From assembly GCA_030704615.1 (NCBI GenBank), contig CM060732.1:26226001-26290000 (forward strand): DNA of 64,000 nucleotides. Reading direction: 5' to 3'. Under the pieces are notes generated by a model. The model saw nothing but the letters and a program-made list of their open reading frames with translations, was not told the origin of the DNA and did no database searches. Below, piece by piece: positions 40,236 to 53,327 of the stretch (position 1 is the stretch's first letter; every line of letters begins with the position of its first letter). The DNA comes from Takakia lepidozioides (lineage: Eukaryota > Plantae > Bryophyta). The translations under genes were made by a program, and so were the position numbers.

Positions 40236-42532
40236 CACTACAGCAAATGGGGGGGGGGGTTGCGACGCCAACCCCGTGGAGCCTGTTTGCGACGCCGGGC
40301 TGTCGCAACCAAACCCCGCGGGTCGCCACCTGGCCGTCACACGGGCGGATGAAAGGCAGAAGGCAGCCCTTCCGTGCGATGCCCAAGCGTCGCCCCCCAG
40401 TGAAGGGCAGAAGGCAGTCCTTTCTGGCGACGACCGGTCGTCACAAGCCGAAAAAAAATAGCCCTTTCTTGCCCTTTCTTTCATCGCAGTTCTTTCTTGC
40501 GACGCCAAGCCGTCGCATGGTGGCATGAAGAGCAAATGGCCCCTGCGACGGCCGGAGAGATAACAGCCCGGCTGCCCTATTTTTTCAAAACAAAAAAACG
40601 TGTCACAGTTTGCGACCCCCAGCGTCATAAATCCAAGAAGACGCGCCGCAGTTTGTAACGCATGGGGGTCGCAGGCAGCGATGGCAGGGCTTTCTAGATT
40701 TAGGGCCTTTGGGGTTTTTTTGTTTTTTTTTTTTTTTTCATATGGTACTGGGGTAGGGTGTTTGTTTTTCTTTATGGTTTTAGCTTGTTGTTGTGGACCT
40801 TCTTGTAGATTGTGACATTCATTTTGATAATTCTCTTGATACCACATCTGTATGTGTTGCTCCAACATATTCATTGCCTCTGCCTTCTTTCTTGAAAGAC
40901 TACCAACCACAGCCATATTTGATCAATCATAGAAATAAGCTACAATATGCATGTACATGTACAATCAATTGAAGGGATGGGTACAGTTCGGTGCGAGAAT
41001 TGTTATGTAGCTTTGATTTTCTGTCTAATCAACTTGAACATCATCATCCGGAGCTTCTTCATATTTATCAAGCTGCAAGTCTTCTTGGTCATCGGAGTCA
41101 TCGTCATAAATGGTCCGGCCCTCAAAAAGCATCTTTAAATCATCCTCCACCTCGTTGTCAATGGTTGTGTCTTCGTCTCCTTCTCCAACATCCGTATCTT
41201 CTGGAGCTTCATCATATAGGGTCCGGGATGCATTGTCCGGGGCGTCATCATCCTCTTCTACCCCCTCTACCCAACCTCCATCATCAGCATCATTATGACC
41301 AGTCTCTCTGTCCACCGCAATTGTCTCACCCCATGGAGATCCGAGACCATGATAGATACGTCTTCCTCTTGGCTGAGCATGCACAACCACCTTCCAATTC
41401 CCCCCTCTTGTTTTGTCATCGGAAAAGAAAACTTGCTCAATGTCTGAAGGCCGTGAAAAAAGCTCATCAGAGGGACGATGAGTAGGGTTGAGCCTATCTG
41501 CATTGACGCACATGAAACCACAATCATCTTGCACTAATATTACGGAGGGCCCCACAAGATGTGACTGGAACCACCTTCCCTTGAAGAGAAGAGGCCGGTA
41601 CCTTGTATACTGAAGTTGGAGTATGCTCTCAAACTCTCCAATGTACTCAAGTTTGCTCATAGCAGGTCGTGTATCTCCCTTGCCCCACACGGAGTGTTGC
41701 CCATATGTGGCACACAAGCCAGAATCAAAGGTTGTTTTGCGCTTCATGTCAATAGCACGAATGAGGAAATGACGATCGTGAACCCAAACCGCCATGTATG
41801 AGGTCGCGAATTGAGAGGGGCCCTTGCAATGTCTTGCACCAAATCTGAAACCACCTCTCATTGAGCAACGACGTCATAAACTGAATTCCGAAGCCACTGT
41901 TGGAATGAACTTAGAGGCTGCAATTCCATGGGCAAATTTTGTGAATGAACATTCCGGCGGCCCGCTCCTCGTCGTCGGCGTCTAGTAACCGGCCTTGGAT
42001 GGTTCCGCCTCCATGCAAGCGTCTCTTCCTTTCGTTGCTAAGCAAGATTATTGTATCTTGCCTCCCACTCATGTATGGATGGGGTGTTCTTCAGTATGAA
42101 GTCATGCGCTTGCTCAATCACCAAGGTCGGCAATTTTACCCTCTTCAATTTTTTGGGCAAAACAATGTCATTGGTTCGTGTATCCTCCTCTTCCTTCCAC
42201 ATCCGAGGGGCTTCCTCATCCACCCTTGCCATGTACTCCGTGCAATAGAATATAGCTTCTTGCAACGTATACCCCTCCGCCATGCTACCCTCCGGGTGCG
42301 CCATTTGTCGTACAAATCCTTTCAAAGTCTTCATATCACGTTCAAGGAAGTACATCCACCAAGAATGAACGGGGCCGGCAATCGAAGCCTCTTCCACTAA
42401 GTGCACTACCAAGTGCACTTGGATGTCAAAGAAGGAGGGAGGAAGGTGCATCTCCAACATACACATTACCTCCGCCGCCTCCTTCTTCATGCAAAGAAAA
42501 TTTAATGTAAAGTCCAAGGCAATAATAAACAT
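40236..42532 (-). mobile_element. CACTA (En/Spm) element end with the 3' half of the transposase
   Basis: Terminus CACTACAGCAAAT at 40236, and GCGAC/GTCGC subterminal repeats at 40260-40680. Confidence 0.85.
41025..42532 (-). pseudogene. CACTA transposase C-terminal region (DUF4218- and DUF4216-like)
   Basis: LEMHLPPSFFDIQVHLVVHL...GPVHSWWMYFLER.MKTLKGFVRQMAHPEGSMAEGY; KTTFDSGL...EYIG..ESILQLQY...LFKGRWF...QVFFSDD...WKVV. Confidence 0.92.
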
Positions 42533-42619
42533 GAAATGAGTTTACTCGCTTGGCACAATGGCAGCCAACATGATATGGCATTTTTTAATTGAAAGATACA
42601 GAGGGATGTTGTAATTTAC

Positions 42620-43257
42620 CATGGTCACCAGCCAAGTGGAGGGCCAGCAAGTGTCCTGTGTACACAGGTCTTGAATCTGTACCTACCCAGAAGGCCTTGC
42701 ACGATGCATGCTTTGGGGTGCTTACATTTGGCCAAATGTGAAGCTGCAATATGGCTTGTCATGCCCAAGAAGTTTACTTGGTGGCATGTCCGAAGTGTAA
42801 TTAATTGCAGGCTAGTCCTTCCAGTTGATTGTGTGAACATTCCCTAAATGTGTTGTAGGGCAGGCTGTTCTTACCTACCTTGCATAATGCTTGTCTTGGA
42901 TCACCTCAAGGTACTTGTGTATACATATCTTGGATCTGTAATGTGACAAGAAGTTGCAGGCCGGTCCTTCAAGGTGCTTGTATGAACATACCTTGAATCT
43001 GTAGCAGGGCAGGCTATTCTTACCTACCCAAGGAGCCTTATATGCTTGTCTTGTTGTCATGACATGTACATAAACAAACCCCACCTTCCCACCCTGTTTT
43101 ATCATGCATGATTGGGTGAAATCAACTGGGAAGTCATGACAAGACTGGAAGTGTTAGATGGTGCCCTGTTTATGGGCTGTTTATGTCTTTAATTGACAAT
43201 GACCCTAGTGGGTCTTGTCCATGTCTTGACATGACATGAGTATCTTCCCTCTCTTTT
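42620..43257 (-). repeat. Inverted partial copy of the 2.7-kb repeat family
   Basis: Reverse complement of ~44152-44800 (e.g. ACCCTAGTGGGTCTTGTCCATGTCTTGACATGACATGAGTATCTTCCC). Confidence 0.85.
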
Positions 43258-43317
43258 TTGCTGCTCACAAAAATAAACAAACCACAATGGAGAGAGGGTG
43301 CAGAAAAAGTTAAAAAG

Positions 43318-44148
43318 ATTGTACTCATAAGACGTTGTTTGCCGTAGCCTTGTGGCCATTAACCCCGCGCCCAGTTTGAGCGGAAACAAAAGGGACAGAA
43401 CCTGCCTCTGTCAGGGGCTGACGTTGGTAGTAAGACTTACCTTCATATATAGAATTAATCCGGGTTTTCCAGATATCCTCTAGAAATCCCTTCACACAAG
43501 CATCAATCTGTTGTGTGTGATTTGCCCAATAACTAGGCCTCAGGAGGGCCTGGGCTTTTGGCTCAGCCTTGAGACTTTCAAAGTTGGTAAACAGAGGTAC
43601 AGGCACAATTCCTTTGATAGATTTGAAGAGAGCGTCTCTTTGGTGAGAGAACCCCGGACAGTGTATCAGAAAATGAGTACTGTCTTCAGATTGCCCACAC
43701 AACGGGCAATTGCACTCTCCCTTTCCTATCTGCTTCTGTTTGCTGTTCAAAGATAGGCTTCCTGCCCTGAGTTTAAATTTCAGTCTAGTGCCAAGAGTGG
43801 GTAGACCCTTGAGGTCATCCAAGATGTCCTCCCCCATGTCACTGACTGGAAACAAGTTCAGGGAAGTTTTTTGCCTAACTTCATTTTCATCAAACAATCT
43901 CATGGCAACAGACATGGTTGGACACTATAGCCTCTAAGTCAGATTTATCCAGCAGGGTGAAGACTTGCGGTTCCAGGTCTAGGTCCTTGAGAATCTCTTC
44001 TACTATCTTCTGCCAGGACATAGCCTGTTTGACAGGTCGGTGGGCGGTCATGTTTCCAAGATATAGTCGATTAACTTAGGATATCTGGTATTGGACATAT
44101 GCTGCAGCTGACCCCACCATTTGATCTTAAATTCATCTCGTCGGGAGC
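43318..44148 (-). mobile_element. LINE 3' region (copy 3, longest; RTE-X/L2-like C-terminus)
   Basis: Post-RT motif RRDEFKIKWWGQLQHMSNTRYPK, then KLRAGSLSL...CPLCGQSEDSTHFLIHCP zinc finger; same 3' end (TTATGAGTACAAT) as copies 1, 2 and 4. Confidence 0.85.
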
Positions 44149-44159
44149 TTAAAAGAGAG

Positions 44160-46961
44160 GGAGAGAGAGGGAAGATACTCATGTCATGTCAAGACATGGA
44201 CAAGACCCACTAGGGTCATTGTCAATTAAAGACATAAACAGCCCATAAACAGGGCACCATCTAACACTTCCATTCTTGTCATGACTTCCCAATTCATTTC
44301 ACCCAATCATTCATGATAAAACAAGGGTGGGAGGGTGGGGTTTGTTTATGTACAAGTCATGACAACAAGACAAGCATATAAGCAAGCATCTTGTGTACTG
44401 AAAAATCGGATTGCTGCACCATGTTCAAATTCCTGTAAGTAACCCACGACATGCACCAAAAACGGCTCCTTGGGTAGGTAAGAACAACCTGCCCTGCTAC
44501 AGATTCAAGGTATGTTCATACAAGCATCTTGAAGGACCAGCCAGATTTCAAACATGCAACCAAGTAAACTTCTTGGGCATGACAAAACATATTGCAACTT
44601 CACTCTTTGCCATTTGTAAGTACCCCAAGACATGCATCATGCAAGGCTCCTTGGATAGGTAAGAACAGCCTGCCCTACTACAGATTCAGGATATGTTCAT
44701 ACAAGTACCTTGAAGGACCAGCCTGCAATTTACCAGATTTCAAGCATGCAACCAAGTAAACTTCTTGGGCATGACAAAACATATTGCAGCTTCACTCTTT
44801 GCCATTTGTAAGTACCCCAAGACATGCATCATGCAAGGCTCCTTGGGTAGGTAAGAACAACCTGTCCTACTACAAATCCAGGATATGTTTATACAAGTAC
44901 CTTGAAGGACCAGCATGCAATTAATTACATTTCAGGCATGCAACCAAGTAAACTTCTTGGGCATGACAAAACATATTGCAGCTTCGCTCTTTGCCATTTG
45001 TAAGTACCCCAAGACATGCATCATGCAAGGCCTCTTGGGTAGGTAAGAATAGCCTGCCATTGTATAGATTCAAGACATGTGTACACAAACATCTTGATAG
45101 ACCAGCCTGCAGTTTATCAGACTCCAAACATGCAATCAAGTGAGCCACTTGGGCATGACAAGACAGACTGCAACCTCATTCTACACCATGTATAGTTGCC
45201 CTAAGACATGCATCATGTAAGGCATTTTGGCATGGAAGAAAGGCCTGCCATGTTACAGCTTCAAGATATGGACACACATACACTTTGAGTGCCCGAGACC
45301 AAGCCTATTTGGCCAAAAAATAAATCATACATTGCAGGTGGCTGGTCTGATGGCAAAATAAGGCAAATAATCACTGACAAAGGTCCAATAGAGCTTACCA
45401 CCACTGTTTTCCAAGAGGCTAATGCCATGTTTTGTAAATAAAACCTCACTTGCTCCATTCCACATCAAATTCAGGCCTGAAAGAGGCCTGTCATTGCCTT
45501 ATTAGGCTGCCATCTTTAAAAACAAAGCCTCATCTTCCTTAGAATCTAACAGCCACTGATGCCTTTACCCATAAACCATCAATCCTCTTTTAAGGCCAAA
45601 ATTGTTCCTAGTTTAAAAATCCACAAGTAATGTTGTCAAAGATTCAAGACAAGGTAAGGTCCAGATGTTGGGCTTCAAGAGACAAGGTTGCCAGGCCAAA
45701 GTGCTCCATCAAAGGCAGCAAAACATAAGGCAAAAGTAAGCATCAGCATGCCAAACCAGGAGCAAGCGGGCCGAGATCGGGGCTGCAGACAGCAGCCAAG
45801 TCATGACGCCATACATAATAGGTTCCCTTTGCCCACATCCTTATCTGCAAGCTCAAAAGAATTCAAAGCAAGTAGAGATCCTCACCTGGTCCCATCACAA
45901 GCCCCCACAAAAACCAACAGGTTAGTGAGGATTGTGGAACCCCAGGTGAATCACAGACTCCGACACTTGTCATCGATGTCAACTAAGAACCTCAAAAGCA
46001 AGAGAGAAAGACATAAAGCAAAAGGAACCCTAATAACCAAAAGCACCTTGAGCGATTGCGGAAGATAATTGTGCGTCATCGCCACCAACAAGCCAACTCC
46101 AGCAGAGCTAAGGAGAAGTGAAGCATACAAGCATCCTTGCTAGGTTTAAGAAGGGAGAGAGATAAACTTCCCAACACAAGCGCCGCTGCGAAAAATAAAA
46201 GCCAAAAGAGGGAAAGAGACGATGCATTCACAGCATTGTCTCGAGCTCAGAAGCACGAGGAGTGCTTCTAACGGCGGGAGAGACATCCTAGGGCTCATGC
46301 CCGATTTTTCATCCGTGCAGGATGAGTAATCAACACCACATTTTTCGAAACCCGACGGATGTCATCCGTTAGCTAGGTTTAAACAGTAGGTTATAGGGTA
46401 GGGTTTAGGGTTTCACTCCTTAATTAGCCATAATTAAGGATAATTAATCATCAGTTCGAGGGCCATCATAGGCTGCATATTTCATCCGGTTCAGATGAAA
46501 AAGCAATAAGTTCATCCGTTGGAGAAGGTTCGTCAGTAGGATGGAAAAACAGTACATAACATCCAAGGCAACGGTTTCACATCCTAACAAGTAATTCAAC
46601 ATCCCCCAAAAAAATGCCTCATCCAATACAAAAAAAAAAAAAAAAAAAAAGGCATAAAAGAGGAATAATCGAATTAATATCCTGGTATTTTTCATCCGGT
46701 ATGGATGGAAAAAATATATATAGGATGCCAGTTTCAGCCCCTACGGAGGTAATTCCTCATTCTCTGGTGACTCATCTGGTATGGATGAAAGTCAATAAAA
46801 GAGGAATGAAAAAATCATAGACTCAGTTTAGTGTCCACCCAGGTAATTCATCCGGTATGGATAAAAAATTGTTATAGGGCGGGTGAAAAAACTGTTAGAG
46901 TCCATCTGGTATAGATTGAAAAACAAGAAATTAAACTGATAAAACCGGCCAATTCCAAGGA
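44160..46961. repeat. Unclassified ~2.7-kb repeat, unit 1: 192-bp subrepeats, a telo-box-like motif and a CATCC/GGATG-rich end
   Basis: Colinear with 47175-49824. Subrepeat GGCTCCTTGGGTAGGTAAGAACA at ~44464, 44645, 44837, 45029; TAGGGTTTAGGGTTT at ~46400. Confidence 0.9.
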
Positions 46962-47174
46962 GGAAGGGAGAGAGAGGGAGAGAGAGGGACTGGAGGTCAG
47001 AGACTGATACACCAGGAAAGCTTGATCTTCATCCTTCCCACACAAGAAGTTATATGCTGGACAACTGCTAGTTCATAAGAATCCTTATTAGTAACATAAC
47101 TTGGCAATAAAATAACCAGATAGGAAGGCGGTAGATAGTGTGTACAAACACCACTAAGTACACTGGAAAAGGAA

Positions 47175-49824
47175 GAGTGGGAAGATATTCATGTCATGTC
47201 AAGACATGGACAGGACCCATTAGGGTTATTGTTAATTTAAAGACATAAACAGCCCATGACAGGGCACCATCTAACACTTCCAGTCTTGTCATAGCATGCC
47301 AAGTGACAACTCCCTTTTAGTCATGATAAAACAGGGTGGGAGGGCGGGGTCTATTCATGTTCAAATTCCTCTAAATACCCGAAGACATGCACCATGCAAG
47401 GTTCCATGGTTAGGTAAGAACAGCCTGCCCTACTACAGATTCAGGGTATGTAGATACAAGCACCTTGAAGGACCAGCCTGCAATTTACCAGATTTCAAGC
47501 ATGCAACCAAGTAAACTTCTTGGGCATGACAAAACATATTGTAGCTTCGCTCTTTGCCATTTGTAAGTACCCCAAGACATGCATCATGCAAGGCTCCTTG
47601 GGTAGGTAAGAATAGCCTCTCCTACTACAGATCCAGGACATGTTCATACAAGTACCTTGAAGGACCAGCCTGCAATTAATTACATTTCAGGCATGCAACC
47701 AAGTAAACTTCTTGTGCATGACAAACCATATTGCAGCTTCACACTTGGCCAATTGTAAGTACCCCAAGACATGCATCGTGCAAGGCCTCTTGGGTAGGTA
47801 AGAACAGCCTGCCATTGTACATATTCAAGAAATGTGTACACAAGCATCTTGATGGACCAGCTTGTAGTTTATCATACTCCAAACATGCAACCAAGTGACC
47901 CACTTGGGCATGACAAGACAAACTGCAACTTCATTCTACACCATGTACAGTTGCCCCAAGATATGCATCATGTAAGGCATTTTGGCATGGAAGAAAGGCC
48001 TGCCATGTTACATCTTCAAGATATGGACACACATACACTTTGAGTGCCCGAGACCAAGCCCTCTTGGCCAAAAAAATCATACATTGCAGGTGGCTGGTCT
48101 GATAAGGCAAATAATCACTAGCAAAGGTCTGACAGAGCTTACTACCACTGGGTTCCAGGAGGCTAATGCCATGTTTTGCAAATAAAACCTCACTATGCTC
48201 CATTCCACATCAAATCCAAGCCTGAAAGTGGCCTGTCATTGCCTTATCAGGCTGTCATCTTTAAAAATAGGGCCTCCTCTTCCTTAGAACCTAACAGCCA
48301 CTGATGCCTTTACCCACAAACCATCATTCCTCTTTTAACGCCAAAACTGTTCCTAGTTTGAAAAAATCCACAGGCAATGCTGTCAAAGATTCAAGACAAG
48401 GTAAGGTCCAGATGCTGGGCTTCAAGAGACAAGCCTACCAGGCCGAAGTGCTCCATCAAAGGCAGCAAAACATAAGGCAAAAGTAAGCATCAGCATGCCA
48501 AACCAGGAGCAAGCTGGCCAAAATCGGGGCTGCAGGCAACAGCCAAGTCATGACGCCATATAGAATAGGTTCCCTTTGCCAACATCTTTATCTGCAAGCT
48601 CAAGAGAATTCAAAGCAAGTAGGGATCCTCACCTGGTCCCATCACAAGCCCCCACAAAAACCAACAGATTAGTGAGGATTGTGGAACCCCAAGTTAATCA
48701 CAGACCCCTACACTTGTCATCGATGTCAACTAAGAACCTCAAAAGCAAGAGAGAAAGACATAAAGCAAAAGGAACCCTAATCACCAAAAGCACCTTGAGC
48801 GATTGGGGAAGATAACTGTGCGCCATCGCCACCAACAAGCCAACTCCAGCACAGCTAAGGAGAAGTGAAGCATATAAGCATCCTTGCTAGGTTTAAGAAG
48901 GGAGAGAGTATACTTCCCAACACAAGCGCCGCTACGAAAAATAAAAGCCAGAGGAGGGAAAGAGACGATGCATTCACAACATTGTCTCCCGCCTGTGAGA
49001 AGAGACAGAACGCCGCCATTGCGCATCCCCAGGAGCACGTCCAGCATGGGTACGAAGCAGCAGACAGGGACGTAGCAACAAAACACAGACGCCATAACTC
49101 TCATCCCGCGAGCTCAGAAGCACGATGAGTGCTGCTAACGTCTGGAGAAACACCCTAGGGCCAAGCCCGATTTTTCATCCGTGCAGGATGAGTAATCAAC
49201 ACTATTTTTTTCGAAACCCAACGGATGTCATCCGTTAGCTAGGTTTAAACATTAGGTTATAGGGTAGGGGTTAGGGTTTCACTCCTTACTTAGCCATAAT
49301 TAAGGGTAATTAAACAACAGTCTAGGGCCATCGTAGGTTGCATATTTCATCCGGTTCAGATGAAAAAGTTAATAGGTTCATCCAGTTGAAGAATGTTCGT
49401 CCGTAGCATGGAAAAACAGTACATAATATCCAAGGCGACGGTTTCACATCCTAACAGGTAATTCAACATCCCCCAAAAAGATGCCTAATCCGGTACGGAA
49501 AAAGGCATAAAAGAGGAATAAATGAATTAATATCCTGGTATTTTTCATCCGGTATGGATGGAAAAAATTATACATAGGATGCCAGTGTCAACCCCTATAG
49601 AGGTAATTCCTCATTATCTGGTGACTCAGCTGGTATGGATGAAAGTCAAATAAAAGAGGAATGAAAAAATCATAGACCCAGTTTAGAGGTAATTTAGTGT
49701 CCACCCAAGTAATTCATCCGGTATGGATAAAAAATCGTTATAGGGCGGGTGAAAACACTGGTCCATCCGGTATAGGTGGAAAAGCTGGAAAAAAAACACT
49801 CATACAACCGGCCAATTCCGAGGA
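47175..49824. repeat. Unclassified ~2.7-kb repeat, unit 2 (direct tandem copy)
   Basis: Starts GGGAAGATATTCATGTCATGTCAAGACATGG and ends GGCCAATTCCGAGGAG, like unit 1. Confidence 0.9.
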
Positions 49825-52449
49825 GGGAGATAAGAGGGAGGAGGGGGCATCAAAGAAAAATAAAATAAAATGGGGGGGGAGTGACTGAGCAGACGTAGAC
49901 ACCAAAATCCCACATACAATCATGGCCTCCATTTATTATAAGGCATGAAGGGAGATCAGCTGTGCTTCATAAGTACAGAACAACAGTCAAATGACTAACT
50001 ATGGAACCATTTAGTTTATGAAACCAGAATACATCATCTGTTAGAAATTTTCATAACAGAAGGTATCCATAGTATATCAGTTTTGAAAATCCCAGGCTTC
50101 TGAAAAGGCATTCCCTTGATAAACTCATAGTTACAAACAGTCTGAAAATGTAAAAGAATCAGAATCTGAAAGATCCACGAAGACTTCATATGGTTTGAAG
50201 GCCTGTGTTGGATTCTATTCAGCCAAGCCACTGCATTTTAACTTTCACAGAATTCCGTAGAGGAAAACCAGCCAAATGAGAATACAAAGCATTTGAGCTG
50301 TGGTTCTCTATCTTAGAGAGTCTATCAAAAAACAACAAACAGGGTGCTTCAGTCTGTGTGGGACTGGTGTGACTCCCCTGTCTCTCCGTATTTGTCCTTC
50401 CGAAGGTCTCATGTCTTGACAGCCTACAATCCTTCTCAGCTGCATTCACCATTACATATTTTCATAGAAGGCAGGAAACTCTCACCTGTCGCCCGTCCCA
50501 AGAACAACACATCAAAATGAGTGTTAGTGAGGTGCTTGAGGTGCATAACGAGTTTCCTGAGCGTGCTATTGCTTTCCAAAATGAACCTATGTAAATGAAA
50601 AACACATACTGAGATGTTCTCAAGTCAAGCAAAAATAATTCTTGAATCCTTGAGGTAGAGATACATAGGCTGTAAGAAACATCATAACCTATGGGTCAAT
50701 GCAAACTGTCTGAAAACATAAAGACAGTCATAAGTGTCCCCATATTCTGCACAGCTAAAAAAGCTATAATTTGTTTCCAGTTAGGGTTTCATATAAGTCT
50801 CCTTCAGAACAATCAAAGAAAGGCCATTCCAAGTTAGCCACCCATACTCAAGGCATCATGCTAGCCTTAGGGTCACAGCCATACCCTTCATTCTGCAGCA
50901 AAACATGGCTGTTGTAAGCTGTCTAAAGCTACAAAAAACAGCCATGATCATCTCTATATTTACAATGTCCTGCAAACTCTATGGTTACATCAAAAGAAAG
51001 CATGCAGGGATTAAATATGTAGGGAGTAGGTATTAAAGGATAATCCCCAGCAGGGGTCTTAGCCGTCATAGCCAACTCCTCCATCTTTTTGTCATCTGTC
51101 TGCAGTTATCACAGACTCCATGAACCACTCTAGCATTAGTCTTTCTCACAAAACTTTCAGGATAGCAATCAATTTATGATCTACTCCCTGCAGGGTTTGT
51201 CATGTGTTTTCAAGTGATGGCCAAAGAAACTCTTCAAAGGCTCATTCACTGAACCTTGATACCTTGTGGAAGTCCTGCTTGCAACATGGCTGGTCCAGGT
51301 GAATCGTGGGAGAGCACCAGCAGCGCTGATCGTAACAGACACTAAGTCTGGGCCACTTTGGGCTGGGGTTTGTAGACTTAAACACAGTATCAGCTTTCTA
51401 CAAAGTGTGCAGCAAATGCTAATGCACTGGACCTGACTGGCTCACTGTTTTAGGCAGACTACATGTAGCAAAGAAACCTAGGTACAGCAAACTCAATAAC
51501 CCCCCACCTGAATGCTAAGTTCACTCAAGAGAGGTCACTCACTGCATCAGCCAATTAAGACTTGAAGGAATAGCTCAAGAACCAGGTAGCGGGAGAGCAC
51601 TACTCCCCTTGGCATGTCATTGTCCAAGAGCGAATGCAGAGTCGGCGTATGTAGGGCACTCAGGGATGCCGCCACTTCTGCAAATTCATCATCATGGGAT
51701 CTGCTGCTGTCAGGTCATGATTCTTTTGTTGAATGTGTTGCTGCCAATTCTTTTGTCAAAGAATTCTTGCCACACCAGAGATGGCAAGCCACCTACGGCC
51801 TTTCTGGGTTTACGGTTTAGGGCCTTTTGGGGTTATTCGTTTTTGTTTGTTTTTTTGTTTTTTTTTTTTCATATGGTACTGGGTTAGGGTGTTTGGTTTT
51901 CTTTATGGTGCTGGGTTTTGGATTGGCAGTTTTGGTTGTGGGTCTTGGGGTTGAAAGGATAAACGGTATAATTAGGATTCACAGACCCAAAATGTGGTTC
52001 AATCTGATAAGCGCAAAACGCTGGGTCTCAACAAATTTTTCCATGGTGTGGGCATCCTGAAGATAGAACGTGAAGAAAGAATTATTGTCTTGGGCTCTCT
52101 AGCACCATAGGGATGCTCCGCCTTTGGTTACCAATTTTGAAAGCCCCGAGGCTGAGGCATAGGGTTTTTTCGCCAATGGTTTTTGAGAAATGAAAGTGCT
52201 GGTGGTGTGTGTTAATTAGGATGCGATGGTGAGGAAACATCGACCCGTCTCCCTCGAGGATGGGGACGTAGTACCACATATCGATTGTGGCCCTAGAGCG
52301 ACCATTTTTCGTGGCGAGGAGCCACCCATTGCACCTAATCCAATACAGGTTGCCGGGCACAATCATAGAAGGGACCGGGGCCAAATTTCAGGTGATGCGG
52401 AGGATGTTGACTCTCCGGGGTTGAGTCGGGCGCGCCGCGGGTTGGTGTT

Positions 52450-53327
52450 GTGGCCGGCGACGAGCAGGCCCCCCCCCCCCCCCCCCCCCCGTCTGTTTCT
52501 TTGCCTGATCCGGACAATTTACCTCCGGCTGCACCTCCGGCATTACATCCTCAACCACCTCCACTTTCATCTCCTCCACCAGCAGTACCACATCCACCAC
52601 CACCACCACCTCCACCTCCACCTCCACGTGCAAGTGCCCCCCGAACCCCTAGGAGGGGTCGGCTTCGCCCTAGATTTCCTCCCCTTCGGCTTGGGCGGCC
52701 TGAGTCGGATCCTTGACCCCGATGGGAAGCCCATATGACTATGTTACTGAGGACCATCCAGCCTCGTTGCTGGGGGAATCATCTCGACCCTCTCACCCTC
52801 ATCCGAGAAAATGTGGAGTTCGAGTATTGGGGGAGACGGTATGTTGTGAGAGCCGCTACAGACCCTGCTATGGGTCGGGGTTTATTCACGGTCAATGATA
52901 TTGTGGTTCCTCCTCGGAGAAACGGCATGATGGACTTGTTTCCCTACTACGGTCTATACTACATCTCCGCGGAGTTCCGTACATTACGCCTCGAAGCCCC
53001 ATACATCCTACCCTACATTTTGTGTGCCAACGGACAAGATGTACGTAGACGGGGTTGTCTCCTATTGAGATCAGATTTTGTGATGGTGACCCCGACATCT
53101 TCGGCAATGTTGCTGGGCTGGAAAATAGTTCTTTTGGTCATCCTAGGAGAACCAATGTAGTATGGGACGAGCGAAGCGATGGGCATGAGAGCTTTTGTGG
53201 TCATACGGTATACTATGAGGGGATGCACATGTTTGTGATGACATGTGCTAGTAGGACTATTAGGGCTGGCAGCGAACTATTTGCATCATACGAGTTCTTC
53301 CGGGATCATTGGGACCTCCGATTATAG
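52450..53327 (+). pseudogene. Pro-rich N-terminus plus SET-domain lysine methyltransferase, with one in-frame stop (52714-52716) and one frameshift (~53055)
   Basis: SET motifs in the correct order: MGRGLFT, LFPYYG, DGDP..GNVAGLENSS...TNV, ASRTIRAGSELFASY. Confidence 0.8.

Noticed and set aside
44464-45240. 192-bp (64-codon) subrepeats as a repeat-protein gene
   Set aside because: Recurrent stops in the frames examined on both strands; no recognisable protein repeat.
46389-46416. Interstitial telomere array
   Set aside because: Only about 2 degenerate TTTAGGG units; better viewed as a telo-box-like motif within the repeat.
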